DNA from: Eledone cirrhosa
Taxonomy: Eukaryota
Length of the DNA stretch: 64,000 bases
NCBI GenBank assembly: GCA_964016885.1
Contig: OZ024740.1
Coordinates: 428,792,001-428,856,000 of the forward strand
Direction: 5' to 3'
Under the pieces are notes generated by a model. The model was given only the letters and a program-made list of their open reading frames with translations. It searched no databases and was not told the origin of the DNA. This document shows, piece by piece, positions 24,705 through 38,617 of this stretch. Position numbers and translations under genes: made by a program. Position 1 is the stretch's first letter; each line of letters starts with the position of its first letter.

Positions 24705-26451
24705 TTGAGAGTTGGCTGTTTGAACGCGCGTGGCCTGGGCTCAGCTTGGAAGCAAGCAAAGCTTCTAAATGACCTCAGGTCACAAAGTATAGATGTGATG
24801 GTTGTTTGCGAGAGTCGGATCAGCAGCGTGAGACACCTGGCGCCCGCCTTCGATGACTTTGAGATGCACGCATCTCTCTGTCAACCCGGGGGGGGGGGGG
24901 GGGGTTGCCGTACTGCTGGATAAACGTCTGGCTCTCGACGTACAGATTGTTGACTCGGACCCGGGTGGTCGATTACTGGTGCTGGACGTCGGAGGCGGTG
25001 AAGGCGAGGCTTTCAGACTGGTCGGTCTTTATGCCCCCTTCGGGGCTGAAAGAGCCGACTTCTTCCAGCGTCTGGAGACTTTTCTAGGAACGTCGCGTTC
25101 CCTGCTTTTAGTGGGGGACTGGAATGGAATCCTAGATGCACGTTGGGACTATGCAGGGGCATGTCCCGATAGAGGGGGGTGTAGCAGCCTCAAGGGGTTA
25201 CTCGATCGATTCGACCTGGTCGATAGATTTCGACTAGATTTTCCAACTGCGCCAACCTGGACCTGGGCAAACCGCAGTGGACAATCTAGATCGTACCTAG
25301 ATAGGTTTTTGGTTAGGAGTAAGGATAGGGACGTATTTAGTTGTCCAGAATTGATCATGGTTGGCTATTCAGATCACAAAGGTCGGGCGGAGGTGACGAA
25401 CGCTTACATAGCGTCCGTCATCTACTACCGCCTGACCGTCGTGCCTTGCCCCAAGGAAAAGCTCACCATCATGGAACGCATGCTCTTCCAGTTCCTCTGG
25501 AAGAAGCGGCTTCCCATGGTGAGGAGATCCATCTGCTGCCAGCACCCTTCGAAAGGAGGGCTGGGTATGCCGTGGCTGTTGATGCGTAGGCACGCATTGA
25601 GGCTACGGCATCTACAGGTATTCCTCAACGGTCAGCCGGTGTGGGCCCCGTTTGTGAGGCGAGCCTTCCCACAGCTCGTCTCGCTCACCGAACTGCAATC
25701 CTGGGTGAAGCAAAGACCGAGAAAACTGGGCAACTGGCACACCGAGTGTGCCCAGGCGCTCACGGCTATCTGGCAAGCGGACCCGACTGTCAGTGGAGAA
25801 TCCACCTCGACATTCTATAGAGGGTTGGTGGCTAGCAAGGGCGACGACACACTTGGAGAGTCGCTAGGCATGGAGGAGGACGAACTGGCCAGCCTGTTCG
25901 GTAGAACTTTCGGCCCGGGACCCATGGACAACTTCCAGAGGTCCCTAGCCTGGCAGTGTTACCGGGGGGCTCTGCCCGTTCGAGAAAAGCTCTACAGACA
26001 CGGGCGCCCAGGCAGGGATCCCGCGAAAAAGATCTGTCCCAGATGCGTGCGCGACGAGGAAACCGTTGCGCATGCACTGGTACACTGCCCGGGCGTTGCC
26101 GATCTGTGGGGCTACGTCGAACGACTGCTGTCGCGTGTGGCGCCGATTCGATTAACCGCCAAGTCTGTGGTGAACATCAAGCCGCCTCCTCCCTTCAGAA
26201 ATGAAGCAGAGGCGGTCTTTCTGTGCGTAATAGCCATGATGAAAGAGGTTGTGTGGTGGACACGCCTGAAAGGTCTGAGGTCGGGTGACTTTCTCTCCGG
26301 CCATCACCTGGTTTACTTTTTCCGATACCACTTCGGAAGAAGGATCAGGATGGAGAGAGAAGTGCTTGGCCCCAGACAGTTTTATGAAAGGTGGGTGAAA
26401 GAAGCGAGAATGGCTCGTGTAAATGGGCCTTCTCTCTACATTGTTCTGTAG
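24705..26451 (+). pseudogene. ORF2 remnant: APE endonuclease joined in frame to the C-terminal zf-RVT-like region; frameshift at G-run 24888-24904
   Basis: ...GYSDHK|GRAEVTNAY...GGLGMP...CPRCVRDEETVAHALVHC. No KAFD or YADD motifs. Confidence 0.88.
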
Positions 26452-26677
26452 GTGAAGAAGTGAAGAGGAAAGGGGGAGCGCCTCCTCTCTGGGCTTCCCT
26501 CGCGAAAAGAGTTGCACACTTTTCGGGGGTATGTGCAATCCCCAACACGCCCCCTCCCTTTTGAGGACTTTTTATTGTTATATTATTATTGTTATTCCTT
26601 TTTCTTTACTCGATTTATGTAAACTCCCCCACTGTGTAAATGTCCCCTTCTTTTGTGCCCTCGTGGCAAATAAATAG

Positions 26678-26807
<130 letters not shown>

Positions 26808-26950
26808 ATATATAAAAAGTAAGTCCATAGAATCATTAGATAAAATATATACAGTATTTCTTCTCCCAATCACCATAAATCAACCACACAAAAAATCCTT
26901 TAAACGAGGCTATAAGTTTAAAATATACATATGAAGAAACAATAGATAAA

Positions 26951-27010
<60 letters not shown>

Positions 27011-27475
27011 GGCTTTGTCTAGTTTATATGTATTATATATATACCCTTTAAATTATATATATATATATATATATATATAATTATATTATATGTGTGTATG
27101 TATATAGATAATATATTATATTATATGTATGTATATATATAATGTATATATATATTATATATATACATACATACATACATATAATATATGTGTGGAGTGT
27201 GTATATATACACACATATATAGAGGCGCACACATACCCCCTATACACACATATATATATATGTGTGTGTGTGTTTGTATGTATATATTTAGTCACACGTG
27301 TCGGCATATGCCACAATATACACACACAGTTATCTCAACAGATGTATATATAGAAAGAAATTACCGTTATAGTTTCTGCCGCCGCATTCGTACATATGTA
27401 TACATCAACATATATATACACCCATATGTTTGTATATATATGTCTATATGTATGTATGGTCATACGTATGTTAGT

Positions 27476-28087
27476 TCACCAGTTGGTGCTACTGGTAACA
27501 TGTATCCCAGTACAACCTGTCTCATGGTTGGTGACTAAACTGACAACCCCACCAAGGTTTCTTGGTGAGGAGGATGACTTTGGACATCCTGCAGGACTAA
27601 AAACAAAACCTGTCAAAAGGCAAGGGGGCTCTTAAGATTCAATGGCCATCCAAAATCACCGGGAGAGATGACCCATTAGCCCTTGTCAAGCAGAATTCTA
27701 GGAGAAGGGAAACTCTGATATAACACCTGCAACCCTGATGGTATCCAATGATGTTGACTTGTTCTTCTTTTTGGTAAATATCATCTTGGTTAAGAGAGTG
27801 GGACTGGCTTTGTGCAGTGCCTTTGCTCACTATAAAAGCTTCACGGCACAGGCATTGCTTTATATCTGGAGATCTCTCTGCACTTGTCGTCACATGGAAC
27901 CATGGGCCCAGCACTATGTGTCAATAATTGTCACAAGTGTACTGTTTGTACCAGAGTTTTCAAGTCGCAGGCTGGACTAAAAAGTCACACTCGTTCAGCG
28001 CATTGGTAGGGGTTCTCCTACATGGATATAAAGTAGTGGCCGTACTCGAAAACGAGTTGGCAGCCGCCATGTATGTATGTATGTATG
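27476..28087 (+). mobile_element. ~600-bp non-coding retroposon with (TATG)n tail (family T), copy 1
   Basis: Homologous to 48070-48505 and 48518-49130. All end GAGTTGGCAGCC(A/G)CCATGTATG. Confidence 0.88.
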
Positions 28088-28630
28088 TTCTTCTGGTTTT
28101 ATAATTTCACAAATGTTTACTAATAGAGAGTCGGATTCTAACATAGATACAAGACTCTCTCATTGGAATTTAAACATCAACTAGGTAGATATGTATGCAT
28201 GCATGTGTAGGTATGGATGTTATTGTATGTGTGGATGTGGATGTTTTGAGTTATATGTATGCATGTGCATATGCTTTGTATCTGTACAAGTGTATATGCA
28301 GTTATTCAATGCAGAATTTTTGGAATGTTTTAAATATTTTTACTGTTCCATTAATGGATTGTACTTGTAATTTCCTAACTAGTTGTGTTCTTTCTGATTC
28401 TGTGAAGCCTAGCTTCTCAAGATTTGTATTGAGGCAGTTACTAACATATCCCAGTGCCCCAATAATCACAGGCATAAATCTGAAGGTGTAATCAGGGTGG
28501 AGTATCTGCAGATTTCTCATCAGTTCTGCATAAATATTCTCCTTTTCACTGATCTTTAATATTATATTGGCATCTGTTGGGCAACTAACTTCCACTACTG
28601 TGCATGCCTTCTTTTCCCTGTCCCATATCA
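28088..28630 (-). mobile_element. R4/Dong-like RLE LINE 3' fragment
   Basis: IWDREKKACTVVEVSCP...EKENIY..L...PVIIGALG is the RLE C-terminal signature. Flanked by (CATA)n at both ends. Confidence 0.85.
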
Positions 28631-28700
28631 TGTATGTATGTATTATCATTATTATCATTATCAGGGGTAGCCATTATATGTATGTAAGTGTATACATGCA

Positions 28701-28751
<51 letters not shown>

Positions 28752-28753
<2 letters not shown>

Positions 28754-28958
28754 GAAAAAGTATGACCCCGACGGCAGAGCTCAAGCCGTTTCGACGGCTA
28801 TTTCTGGAAATAAGTCCAGAAATAGCCATCGAAACGGTCCAGAAATAGCTTGAGCTCTGCCGTCGGGGTCATACTTTTTCCTATTTCCCACTCTACTATA
28901 AGTATTGAGTACTCTGGTGCGTTATGGTCCATCTGGTTCCTTACCACATTTCCTTTGT
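28752..28958 (+). mobile_element. Family H hairpin-plus-tail element
   Basis: Inverted arms with a small internal duplication, plus the shared tail. Flanked by (TA)n. Confidence 0.85.
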
Positions 28959-29015
28959 TATATATATATATATGTATAAGAGAGAGAAAGAGAGATATGA
29001 ATGTAACTATGTATT

Positions 29016-29054
<39 letters not shown>

Positions 29055-29097
29055 GAAAAGTATAGAAATTATTGTAGCGAGAAGCTAACAGTATTCC

Positions 29098-29133
<36 letters not shown>

Positions 29134-29137
29134 TAAA

Positions 29138-29327
29138 AATAATTGTTTCTACTTTAGGCACAAGGCCAGCAATTACCCAGTACATTACTGGTACTTTATT
29201 TTATCGACCCCGTAAGGATGAAAGGCAAAGTTAACCTCGGCGGGATTTGAACTTAGACTGTAAAGGGACGTAACTATGCTAGAAAGCATGGCGTCCAACC
29301 CTCTACCGATACTACCAATTCACCACC
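29138..29327 (-). mobile_element. SINE family B
   Basis: Reverse-complement full copy. Confidence 0.85.
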
Positions 29328-29526
29328 CTTTAAAAATAATGAATAAAAACAGAGAAACAGTTCTTTATATAAAAAAATTCATCATTTTACGATCGTTTCT
29401 AGGATATATATATGTGTGTTGCTATGTATATCATATAGATCTATGTAAAAGTTTTATAAACTATCAGAGGGAATATACATACCTACACATATATATGCTG
29501 TCTTCAGAAATATATATATATATATA

Positions 29527-29653
29527 ACGAAGGGATTGTGGTAAGGAACCAGATGGACCATAACGCACCAGAGTACTCAATACTTTGGGTAGTAGAGTGG
29601 GAAATAGGAGAATGTTTAACCCCGACGGCAGAGCTAAAAGCCGTCGAAACGGC
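29527..29653 (-). mobile_element. Family H element with collapsed hairpin
   Basis: Tail plus CCCGACGGCAGAGCT..AGCCGTCGAAACGGC, running into the minisatellite. Confidence 0.8.
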
Positions 29654-32600
29654 ACTCATACCAACACACATACCAACACGCACACTCATACCAACACGCA
29701 CGCACTCATACCAACACACCCACACACATACCAACACACACACACTCACACCAACACACCCACACTCATACCAACACACACACACTCATATCAAATTACA
29801 CTCATACCAACACACCCACACACATACCAACACACCCACACTCACACCAACACACCCACACTCGTACCAACACACACACACTGATACAAACACACACTCA
29901 TACCAACACACACACACTCATACCAACCCACACTCATACCAACACACACACACTCATACCAACACACACACACTCAAACCAACACGTACATACTCATACC
30001 AACGCACACACACTCATACCAACACATCCACACTCTTACCAACACACACTCATACCAACACACACACACACACTCATACCAATACACCCACACTCATACC
30101 AACACACTCACACTCATACTAACCCACACTCATACCAACACGCACTCATACCAACACACCCACACTCATACCAACACACACTCAAACCGACACACCCACA
30201 TTCATACCAACACACACTCATATCAACACACACACACTCATATCAACACACCCACACTCATACCAACACACACACACTCATACCAACACACACACACTCA
30301 TACCAACACACACTCATACCAACACACCAACACTCATACCAACACACACACACTCATACCAACACACACTCATACCAACACACGCTCATACCAACATACC
30401 CACACTCATACCAACACGCACACACTCATACCAACGCACACACACACTCATACAAACGCACACACACTCATACCAACACACCTACACTCATACCAACACA
30501 CACACATACCAACACACACTGATACCAACACACACACACTCATACCAACACACACACACTCATACCAACACACACACTCATACCAACACACACATACACT
30601 CATACCAACACACCCACACACATACCAACACACTCACACTCACACCAACACACCCACACTCGTACCAACACACACACACTGATACAAACACACACTCATA
30701 CCAACATACACACACTCATACCAACCCACACTCATACCAACACACACACACTCATACCAACACATCCACACTCTTACCAACACACACTCATACCAACACA
30801 CACACACACTCATACCAATACACCCACACTCATACCAACACACACACACTCATACCACACACCCACACTCATACCAACACACATACATACCAACACACAC
30901 TCATACCAACACACACACATACCAAAACACACTTATACAAACACACACACACACTCATACCAACACACACACCCTCATACCAACACACACGCACTCATAC
31001 CAACACACCTACACTCATACCAACACACCCACACTCATACCAACACACCCACACACATACCAACACACCCACACTCATACCAACACACCCACACTCATAA
31101 CAACACACCCACACTCATACCAACACACACTCATACCAACACACACACACACTCATACCAACACACACACATACCAACACACATTCATACCAACACACAC
31201 ACCCTCATACCAACACACCCACACTCATACAAACACACCCACACTCATACCAACACACCCACACTCATACCAACACACACTCAAACCGACACACCCACAT
31301 TCATACCAACACACACTCATATCAACACACACACACTCATACCAACACACCCACACTCATACCAACACACACACACTCATACCAACACACACACACTCAT
31401 ACCAACACACCCACACTCATACCAACACACACACACTCATACCAACACACACTCATACCAACACACGCTCATACCAACATACCCACACTCATACCAACAC
31501 GCACACACTCATACCAACGCACACACACTCATACCAACACACCTACACTCATACCAACACACACACATACCAACACACACTGATACCAACACACACACAC
31601 TCATACCAACACACACACACTCATACCAACACACACACACTCATACCAACACACTCATACCAACACACCCACACACATACCAACACACTCACACTCACAC
31701 CAACACACCCACACTCGTACCAACACACACACACTGATACAAACACACACTCATACCAACACATCCACACTCTTACCAACACACACTCATACCAACACAC
31801 ACACACACTCATACCAATACACCCACACTCATACCAACACACACACACTCATACCACACACCCACACTCATACCAACACACATACATACCAACACACACT
31901 CATACCAACACACACACATACCAACACACACTCATACCAACTCACACACCCTCATACCAACACACACACCCTCATACCAACACACACGCACTCATACCAA
32001 CACACCCACACTCATACCAACACACCCACACTCATACCAACACACCCACACTCATACCAACACACCCACACTCATACCAACACACACTCATACCAACACA
32101 CACACACTCATACCAACACACACACATACCAACACACACTCATACCAACACACACACCCTCATACCAACACACCCACACTCATACAAACACACCCACACT
32201 CATACCAACACACCCACACTCATACTAACACACACTCAAACCGACACACCCACATTCATACCAACACACACTCATATCAACACACACACACTCATACCAA
32301 CACACCCACACTTATACCAACACACCCACACACATACCAACACACACTCATACCAACACACACACATACCAACACACACTCATACCAACTCACACACCCT
32401 CATACCAACACACACACCCTCATACCAACACACACGCACTCATACCAACACACCCACACTCATACCAACACACCCACACTCATACCAACACACCCACACT
32501 CATACCAACACACACTCATACCAACACACACACACACTCATACCAACACACACACATACCAACACACACTCATACCAACACACACACCCTCATACCAACA

Positions 32601-32672
32601 CACCCACACTCATACAAACACACCCACACTCATACCAACACACCCACACTCATACCAACACACCCACACTCC
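29654..32672. repeat. ~18-24-bp minisatellite (CACTCATACCAACACAC[CCA/ACA])
   Basis: ~3 kb tandem array. Variant CTCAAACCGAC recurs at ~30181, 31280 and 32236, showing block duplications. Confidence 0.95.
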
Positions 32673-32725
32673 CACAGACGGGGACATATATGGCTGTGAA
32701 CACATCTGTATTCCTACATATATAG

Positions 32726-33161
32726 GTGTGTGTGTATGTGTAGGTATTTGTATGTATATATGTGTATGTGTGTACATGTGTATGTGTGGGTTTGTGTGTG
32801 TATGTGTATGGTTGTGTGTATGGGTGTTAGTGAGTATGTCTGTATATAGTGTGCGTATGTGTATGTGTTTGTGTATGTGTGTGTATGCGTTTATGTGTGT
32901 GTATATATGTATGTGTATTTGTATATGTGTATATTTGTGCATGTGTGTATGTATGTTTATGTATGTGTATGTGCATGCGTGTGTGTGTCTATATGTGCAT
33001 GTGGTGTGTGTGTTATTGTGTGTCTGTGCGTGTGTGCGTGTGTGTGTGAGTCTGTATGTGTTAGTGTGTGCATGTGGTGTGTATGTGTTAGTGTATGTCT
33101 GTGCGTGTGTGTGAGTCTGTATGTGTGTTTGTTAGTGTGTGCTAGTGTATGTTAGTGTGTG

Positions 33162-33193
<32 letters not shown>

Positions 33194-33210
33194 GGTGTGT
33201 ATGTCTGTGT

Positions 33211-33268
<58 letters not shown>

Positions 33269-33714
33269 ATGTATGTGTTAGTGTGTATCTGTGTGTGTGC
33301 ATGTAGTGTGTGTGTATGTGTGTGTCTGTCTGAGTGTGGGTTAGTGTGTGTTAGTGTGTGTTAGTGTGTGTGTTAGTGTGTGGGTGTGTGTTAGTGTGTG
33401 TGTTAGTGTGTGTGTGTGTGATAGTGTGTGCTAGTGTTAGTGTTAGTGTGTGTTAGTGTGTGTGTTAGTGTGTGGGTGTGTGTTAGTGTGTGTGTTAGTG
33501 TGTGTGTGTGTGTGTGATAGTGTGTGTTAGTGTGTGTGTGTGTTAGTGTGTGTTAGTGTGTTAGTGTGTGTTAGTGTGTGTTAGTGTGTTAGTGTGTGTT
33601 AGTGTGTTAGTGTGTGTGTGTTAGTGTTTGTTAGTGTGTGTTAGTGTGTTAGTGTGTGTGTTAGTGTTTGTTAGTGTGTGTTAGTGTGTTAGTGTGTGTT
33701 AGTGTGTGTGTGTG

Positions 33715-33772
<58 letters not shown>
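32726..33772. repeat. Degenerate (GT)n / (TGTGTTAG)n low-complexity tract
   Basis: Direct inspection. Confidence 0.9.
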
Positions 33773-33775
<3 letters not shown>

Positions 33776-33984
33776 AGTCATCCCAACTCTCTCTGCAAGC
33801 CATCCATCACTGTGCTGTGACAGTCGGTGTCGATGGTTGAATGCCGAGATAGACTGACTTGATCAACAGATAAAAAGACTTCAATGTGATTTATAGACTC
33901 ACATCAAACACTCTTTACAGAAAGAGCATCGGGTGTAGGGTTCTCTCTAACCCTACCCCCTGTCACCCCCTACTCTCCTTCTAG

Positions 33985-34042
<58 letters not shown>

Positions 34043-34385
34043 AGCTATCTAGGTATCTCTTTCATTCTCTTACTCTAGATCACCAGCAGCAGCAGCAGCA
34101 TTCCCCCCTCCTCATCCCCCTCCTCCTCATCATCATCGTCACCATCATCAGGATGACGATGACGACGATGTTGATGATGGTGGTGGTGGTGGTGGTGGTG
34201 GTAGAGATGATGATGTTGACAATGATGACGACATTGATGTAGTAATAGATGACGGGGTCGATTATTATGTTGATGGTGATGACGATGGTTTGGTGATGAT
34301 GGTGATGATTATCATGGTGATGATCATGTTGATTATAGTGATGATGACGATGATGATGATCATGATGACGATGATGTTAAGAATG

Positions 34386-34443
34386 TTATGCCCGAGGCTC
34401 ATCCTCCACCAGACGGCTCTGCTCCAGCATGGACGTAGGCAAA
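34386..34443 (-). CDS. Candidate last coding exon of an unidentified host gene (LPTSMLEQSRLVEDEPRA*)
   Basis: Long pyrimidine tract ending TTTTCTCTTTTATTAG, a GC-richer unique island among repeats, open in phase 2 to TAA. Confidence 0.5.
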
Positions 34444-34512
34444 CTAATAAAAGAGAAAATGTAGTGAAACAAATAGAAATGGAAACTTCGGAAATATTAA
34501 CATCGACGATTA

Positions 34513-36012
34513 GCACCATCACCATCACCACCATCACCATCACCATCACCATCACCATCACCATCACCACCATCACCACCATCATCACCATCACCACCAT
34601 CATCACCATCACCATCACCATCACCACCATCACCACCATCATCATCACCATCAACATCACCATCATCACCACCATCACCATCACCATCACCATCAACATC
34701 ATCACCATCACCACCACCATCACCATCATCACCATCACCATCACCATCAACATCATCACCATCACCACCACCATCACCATCATCACCATCACCATCACCA
34801 TCAACATCACCATCACCACCATCACCACCATCATCATCATCACCATCAACATCACCATCATCACCATCACCACCATCATCACCATCACCACCATCATCGC
34901 CATCATCACCATCACCACCACCATCACCATCATCACCATCAACATCACCATCATCACCATCACCACCATCACCACCATCATCATCACCATCAACATCACC
35001 ATCATCACCATCACCACCACCATCACCATCATCACCATCATCACCATCAACATCACCATCATCACCATCACCACCACCATCACCATCAACATCACCATCA
35101 CCACCATCACCACCATCATCATCATCACCATCAACATCACCATCATCACCATCACCACCATCATCACCATCACCACCATCATCGCCATCATCACCATCAC
35201 CACCACCATCACCATCATCACCATCAACATCACCATCATCACCATCACCACCATCACCACCATCATCATCACCATCAACATCACCATCATCACCATCACC
35301 ACCACCATCACCATCATCACCATCATCACCATCAACATCACCATCATCACCATCACCACCACCATCACCATCATCACCATCAACATCACCATCATCACCA
35401 TCATCATCATCACCATCATCACCATCATCACCACCATCATCATCACCATCACCATCACCATCATCATCATCACCACCATCACCACCATCACCATCACCAC
35501 CATCACCACCATCATCATCACCATCAACATCACCATCATCACCATCACCACCATCATCACCATCAACATCACCATCATCACCATCACCACCATCATCACC
35601 ATCACCACCATCATCGCCATCATCACCATCACCACCACCATCACCATCATCACCATCAACATCACCATCATCACCATCACCACCATCACCACCATCATCA
35701 TCACCATCAACATCACCATCATCACCATCACCACCACCATCACCATCAACATCACCATCATCACCATCACCACCACCATCACCATCATCACCATCAACAT
35801 CACCATCATCACCATCATCATCATCACCATCATCACCATCATCACCACCATCATCATCACCATCACCATCACCATCATCATGATCATCACCATCGTCATC
35901 ACCATGACCATCATGACCATCATGACCATCACCATCACCATCATCACCATCATCATCACCACCACCATCATCATCATCATTACCATCATTACCATCATCG
36001 TCGTCATCATCA
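34513..36012. repeat. Compound (CAT/CAC/CAA)n trinucleotide tract, ~1.5 kb
   Basis: Direct inspection; explains the 576-aa and 582-aa ORFs. Confidence 0.97.
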
Positions 36013-36101
36013 AGGAATAATGAGTTCTTTCGACCTAAATTTAAAAAATGTCAACGCGAAACGTGTGCACAAAGTATATATGTATGTACACACACACACA
36101 C

Positions 36102-36185
<84 letters not shown>

Positions 36186-36731
36186 ACAAAGTACAAGTCA
36201 GCAGGTTATAATTGACTTCGTTTATACATAGTCGATGTTATATATATTTCGGTGATAACTGTTATGCAACATCAATTACCTCATCAGACAGCTAGAAGTT
36301 GAACAGAAAAAGAAACAGAGAAACATAAAGATGAAATAAATCTTACTTCTGTTATTTCTATTCATTGATATAATCGGGGCTGATATTTTGTGTGGGTAAC
36401 TTTCTGTCTGACCTTATGGCTTCGTTGGTGTCTTACGATACCAGCCTTGGAAAGATATATCTGACCACAAGTACTGCAGACCAAGTCTACACCATCCGCT
36501 TCACAAATTGCATGTTTTTATACTCCTCGCTTCAGGTCAACATGAGAAATACATGTATTGTTTTTAATATGTGCATCGTCCGTGAAGTTGGTTGACCGAG
36601 TGGTAAGAGTGTTGGTGAAGGCTTAGTGGTTAAAGCATTGGGCTTGCAATCAGAAAACTAAGCATGGATTCAACGCTTTAAAATTTCGGATATACTCGCT
36701 TCACACAAATATGAATAAACAAATATACAAA

Positions 36732-36816
<85 letters not shown>

Positions 36817-36822
36817 GCGCGC

Positions 36823-36853
<31 letters not shown>

Positions 36854-36854
36854 C

Positions 36855-38468
36855 GTGGGAAAGTAAGAAATCGAAGAATAGACCGTTAAAACATGTTTAT
36901 TTAAAACAGCACCTACGTACGCTTCGCCCAGTTGGGCTTCACAAGGGCATAAATAACCAAAAGCGTTCCTTACATTGCTCGGAAAGAGTTTTTGGGGTTA
37001 AATTCACGTCAAGGTTCATTGCTCGCAAAAATAGCTTGTTTTGATTTTGCAGCAGGTCAAGGGAGGTAACTCTGGCCGGTGTTAAGGCAATCTTTCCCGG
37101 ACAAATTTTTATCCGCTACAAGATGAGGTTACAACCTTACCATTGTCGATACGCACAGGGTCATGTAACCTTATTTTGAGACGTTTGTTTTTCCGCATCT
37201 GTTTGTCTGAGTCGTTTGAAGCTAGGTCTGGTATGCAAGGTTTGTTTCCTGGGTGTTATTTTGCAGCGCCTGCCCACCGGGGTGTTAAGACTTGCTGCAG
37301 GGAGCTCCGGTGCACGGTTTCACTCCTCATCCCTAACCCATCGGAAGAAGGATATTTTTAAGCGATGTGTTAACTTATCGCTGTTTCAGCTCTGCTGTTG
37401 ATGAGCTCGTCGGGTGCAGTTATGATGTGGTAGAGCTCCATGAGGCAAAGATCGAATTTCCTCTTGAAGTTGTACGGTGCAGCCCTGCCGACAATATCCC
37501 AGTGCGTGGAGAAGCTGATGTTTAAGTCCTTTAGTGATGTAGTCCGCGAGCGAAGTGGAGTGTCTTAGTTTTTTATTTGTGAAAGAGTGGAGATGTGTTC
37601 GAAACCTAATTTTTAACGGGCCCGAGGTAGCCTCTATATAATGTTTAACGCTATTGTGGCTAGTTACAGTGCATCTATATATAACCCTATCAGGCAAGCA
37701 GTATCCTCTAAGGGGGCAGCGTCCTCTGTCGCGGCAGTTGCAATTTCTGTCGCGATTCCATCTATTTCCCACGGTAAGGCTATCATTGTTGCTGCCTACG
37801 TTGTTACCTACGCTACCGCAGCTGTCGTTAGCACCATTACAACCCACAGCACGCGGGGTGGTGCGATTGTTATTCCGCACGTCATGTCCTGCATGTTCCT
37901 CAGTCATTTCGCGGTTATGCTGGTTGCGTCTGCGGATGCCGTTGCCAACACTATTGGATGCTGCCAGGGAGTTGTTAAGGCCGATATAGTTATTGTCAGG
38001 TGTAGGTGCGTCTGTGTCGAGGTGCTGTGTCTTGGTGATCTTACTGTGGTTCGTTGTTTCTATGATGTCTTCTAGGTTAGGAGTAGTAGAGAAGGATATT
38101 TTTATATTGTTCCTATTAAGAATTTTTCTATACCTATGGTTGGGCGGGAAGTTCTTCTCTAAGGCTTCGAAGAACATCCGGGGTATGTTGGATGCCACAC
38201 TCCGAGAGTAGGTGGGGTGGAACCATAGGATGTTACGGTGGCGATTACGTGTCCGTGTACGTTTGCTACGGGTGGTTCCATCTAGGTGACCGCTCTTATG
38301 TGTGTTAATGCGCCGTAGCCCGTTCTGTTCCCCTTTCACTTTATGCTCGGGTGCACTCTTCTTCCCTCTTCCATGTTTATGTACAGGAAGATGTTGGTTG
38401 GAAGGCGTTGGTAGTAGGCCGTCGCCTTTGTTGGTTTTGTAATAGGGGAATAGTTCGAGTAATCTACA
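36855..38468 (-). mobile_element. Penelope-like element fragment (Cys-rich linker, GIY-YIG endonuclease, 3' pseudo-LTR-like end) in (TA)n
   Basis: RNILWFHPTYS...ILNRNNIKISFS..PN...CNCR....CPLRGYCL..VIYRCTV..HYIEAT....RFRTH..SF. 3' end carries a hammerhead-like relic and AATAAA. Confidence 0.85.
37386..38339 (-). pseudogene. GIY-YIG endonuclease region of a Penelope-like element (YIG>YIE, C-terminal frameshift)
   Basis: VIY...YIE...R..H motif order of GIY-YIG nucleases. Confidence 0.8.
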
Positions 38469-38471
38469 GTG

Positions 38472-38506
<35 letters not shown>

Positions 38507-38544
38507 GTATGTGTGTGTGAGCGTGTATATATACATATATAGTG

Positions 38545-38576
<32 letters not shown>

Positions 38577-38617
38577 GTGTGTGTATATGTATATATATAT
38601 ATATATACATATATATC

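Noticed and set aside
27639-27980. ORFs recurring in all family T copies
   Set aside because: Short, on both strands, with no recognisable domain; recurrence is explained by copy similarity.
33340-33720. (TGTGTTAG)n as an interstitial telomere
   Set aside because: There are no TTAGGG or TTAGG units; it is a GT microsatellite with TTAG interruptions.
34265-36020. 576-aa and 582-aa ORFs
   Set aside because: They are translations of a CAT/CAC trinucleotide tract.
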